Shown: in pieces, positions 62,624 through 64,000 of the stretch
How positions within the stretch are numbered: position 1 is the stretch's first letter
How the letters are laid out: each line of letters opens with the position of its first letter
Source of the DNA: Eledone cirrhosa
Lineage: Eukaryota
Direction of reading: 5' to 3'
NCBI GenBank assembly: GCA_964016885.1
Contig: OZ024745.1
Location: 131,068,001-131,132,000, forward strand
DNA length: 64,000 bases
The notes under the pieces: model-generated
Seen by the model: the letters and a program-made list of their open reading frames with translations, nothing else
What the model was told of the DNA's origin: nothing
Database searches by the model: none
Translations under genes and position numbers: made by a program

Positions 62624-62721
62624 ACGCTCATTATATATTCGAGCTAAGACAATTCTTCAAAAGTTGCGGAAAGCTGGTGTTGGGGAACGGCCTCTTATCT
62701 GGATTGGACATTCAATGGGCG
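62624..62721 (+). CDS. SERAC1: SERAC1 exon 13 (catalytic serine motif); gene continues past the window
   Basis: RSLYIRAKTILQKLRKAGVGERPLIWIGHSMG|GTAAGT vs human [23 protein letters not shown]. Confidence 0.97.
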
Positions 62722-63552
62722 GTAAGTTGAAATACTCACTTTTCTATCATCTTTTTTTTTTTTTTTCTCATTTTGAATTATTATTTTTTCCTGATAAAAG
62801 GCAATCATCATCATCATTATAATCACCATCCCATTACTGTCAAATATTTTCAATGGCGGTGCCCCAGCATGGCCTCAGCCTGTCAGCTGCAATACATAAT
62901 AGAGTAAGTAATACATGACCATAAAAGTACGTTACAAGAAATCCAAATGACTAATTCTGAATTTTAAAATAAAATCAACAAAGACAACCTACAAAAATTA
63001 CTGATTTTCCAACTCCCCACTTATTTCACCCTTGTTAGGGACCTTGTTAAAGTGTTAACTGCCCCTTTGCTTCCAGCTTCTTTATACTTGTCCAAAAAAG
63101 TACATTAGTAGAAATCCCATGTTATAAAATAAATAAGATGGGATGGGGGTTTAAATATGTAAACTAAATGACTAATTCTGGATTTTAAAAAATCAATGGT
63201 GACAACCTAGAAAAATTACCGATTTTCCAACTCCCTGCTTATTCCACCCTCCACCTCACCCCTCTCAAATATGAAGTAGGCAGTACAGAGTTATGTACCT
63301 TGTATTTTGTCACAAACTCAGTAAAGTCTGAGAATTATGAACATTGAGCTCTCTCTTCTGCACACACACACACACAACTTAACTCTAGCGCAATCAGCCA
63401 ATAAGGGAGTCTCTATGTGGTCGCTCAACCTGCTGGAAATAGCAACCATATTTCCCTCAAATCACATCCTACCTTAAAAGGGTGAGGGTATGTTGGATAA
63501 TGTGGTTCTAGATGCATACACTATGCTTAAAAAATACATGGGATGGTCATGA

Positions 63553-64000
63553 CAGTAAGTACCCATTCCACACTGTAAAGTGGCCATGTAGGTGTCACAA
63601 CAGTAAGTACCCATTCCACACGGTAAAGTGGCCATGTAGGTGTCACAACAGTAAGTACCCTGTCCACACTGTAAAGTGGCCATGTAGGTGTCACAGCAGT
63701 AAGTACCCTGTTCACACTGTAAAGTGGCCATGTAGGTGTCACAACAGTAAGTACCCATTCCACACTGTAAAGTGGCCATGTAGGTGTCACAACAGTAAGT
63801 ACCCATTCCACACTGTAAAGTGGCCATGTAGGTGTCACAACAGTAAGTATCCTGTCCACACTGTAAAGTGGCCATGTAGGTGTCACAACAGTAAGTACCC
63901 TGTCCACACTGTAAAGTGGCCATGTAGGTGTCACAACAGTAAGTACCCTGTCCACACTGTAAAGTGGCCATGTAGGTGTCACAACAGTAAGTACCCTGTC
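63553..64000 (+). repeat. 48-bp minisatellite related to the RTE 3' UTR motif
   Basis: Unit CAGTAAGTACCC(AT/TG)TCCACACTGTAAAGTGGCCATGTAGGTGTCACAA; runs off the window. Confidence 0.93.

Overview
Eukaryotic (animal) genomic DNA, AT-rich and very repeat-dense. The repeat repertoire (tRNA-derived Meta/V-type SINEs, RTE LINEs with (GAT)n tails, long microsatellites) suggests an octopus/cephalopod; that assignment is inference. Two protein-coding genes are supported, arranged head-to-head: the first coding exon of B4GALT7 (xylosylprotein beta-1,4-galactosyltransferase; minus strand, runs off the left edge) and 13 phase-consistent coding exons of SERAC1 (plus strand, 42459 to beyond the right edge, ending at the GHSMG lipase motif). 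Most other ORFs in the track are translations of microsatellites, minisatellites or LINE fragments. The most interesting non-gene signal is a set of at least seven type-I hammerhead ribozyme motifs from several sequence families. They sit in non-coding fold-back (palindromic) elements resembling Penelope pseudo-LTRs, including a head-to-head ribozyme pair at 46689-46830 and a hairpin filling most of a SERAC1 intron. Other oddities: a ~10.6 kb TIR-bounded segment that splits a MITE in two, an EnSpm-like element carrying GC-rich cargo, several minisatellites born from TE sequence, and a possible GC-AG intron in SERAC1.
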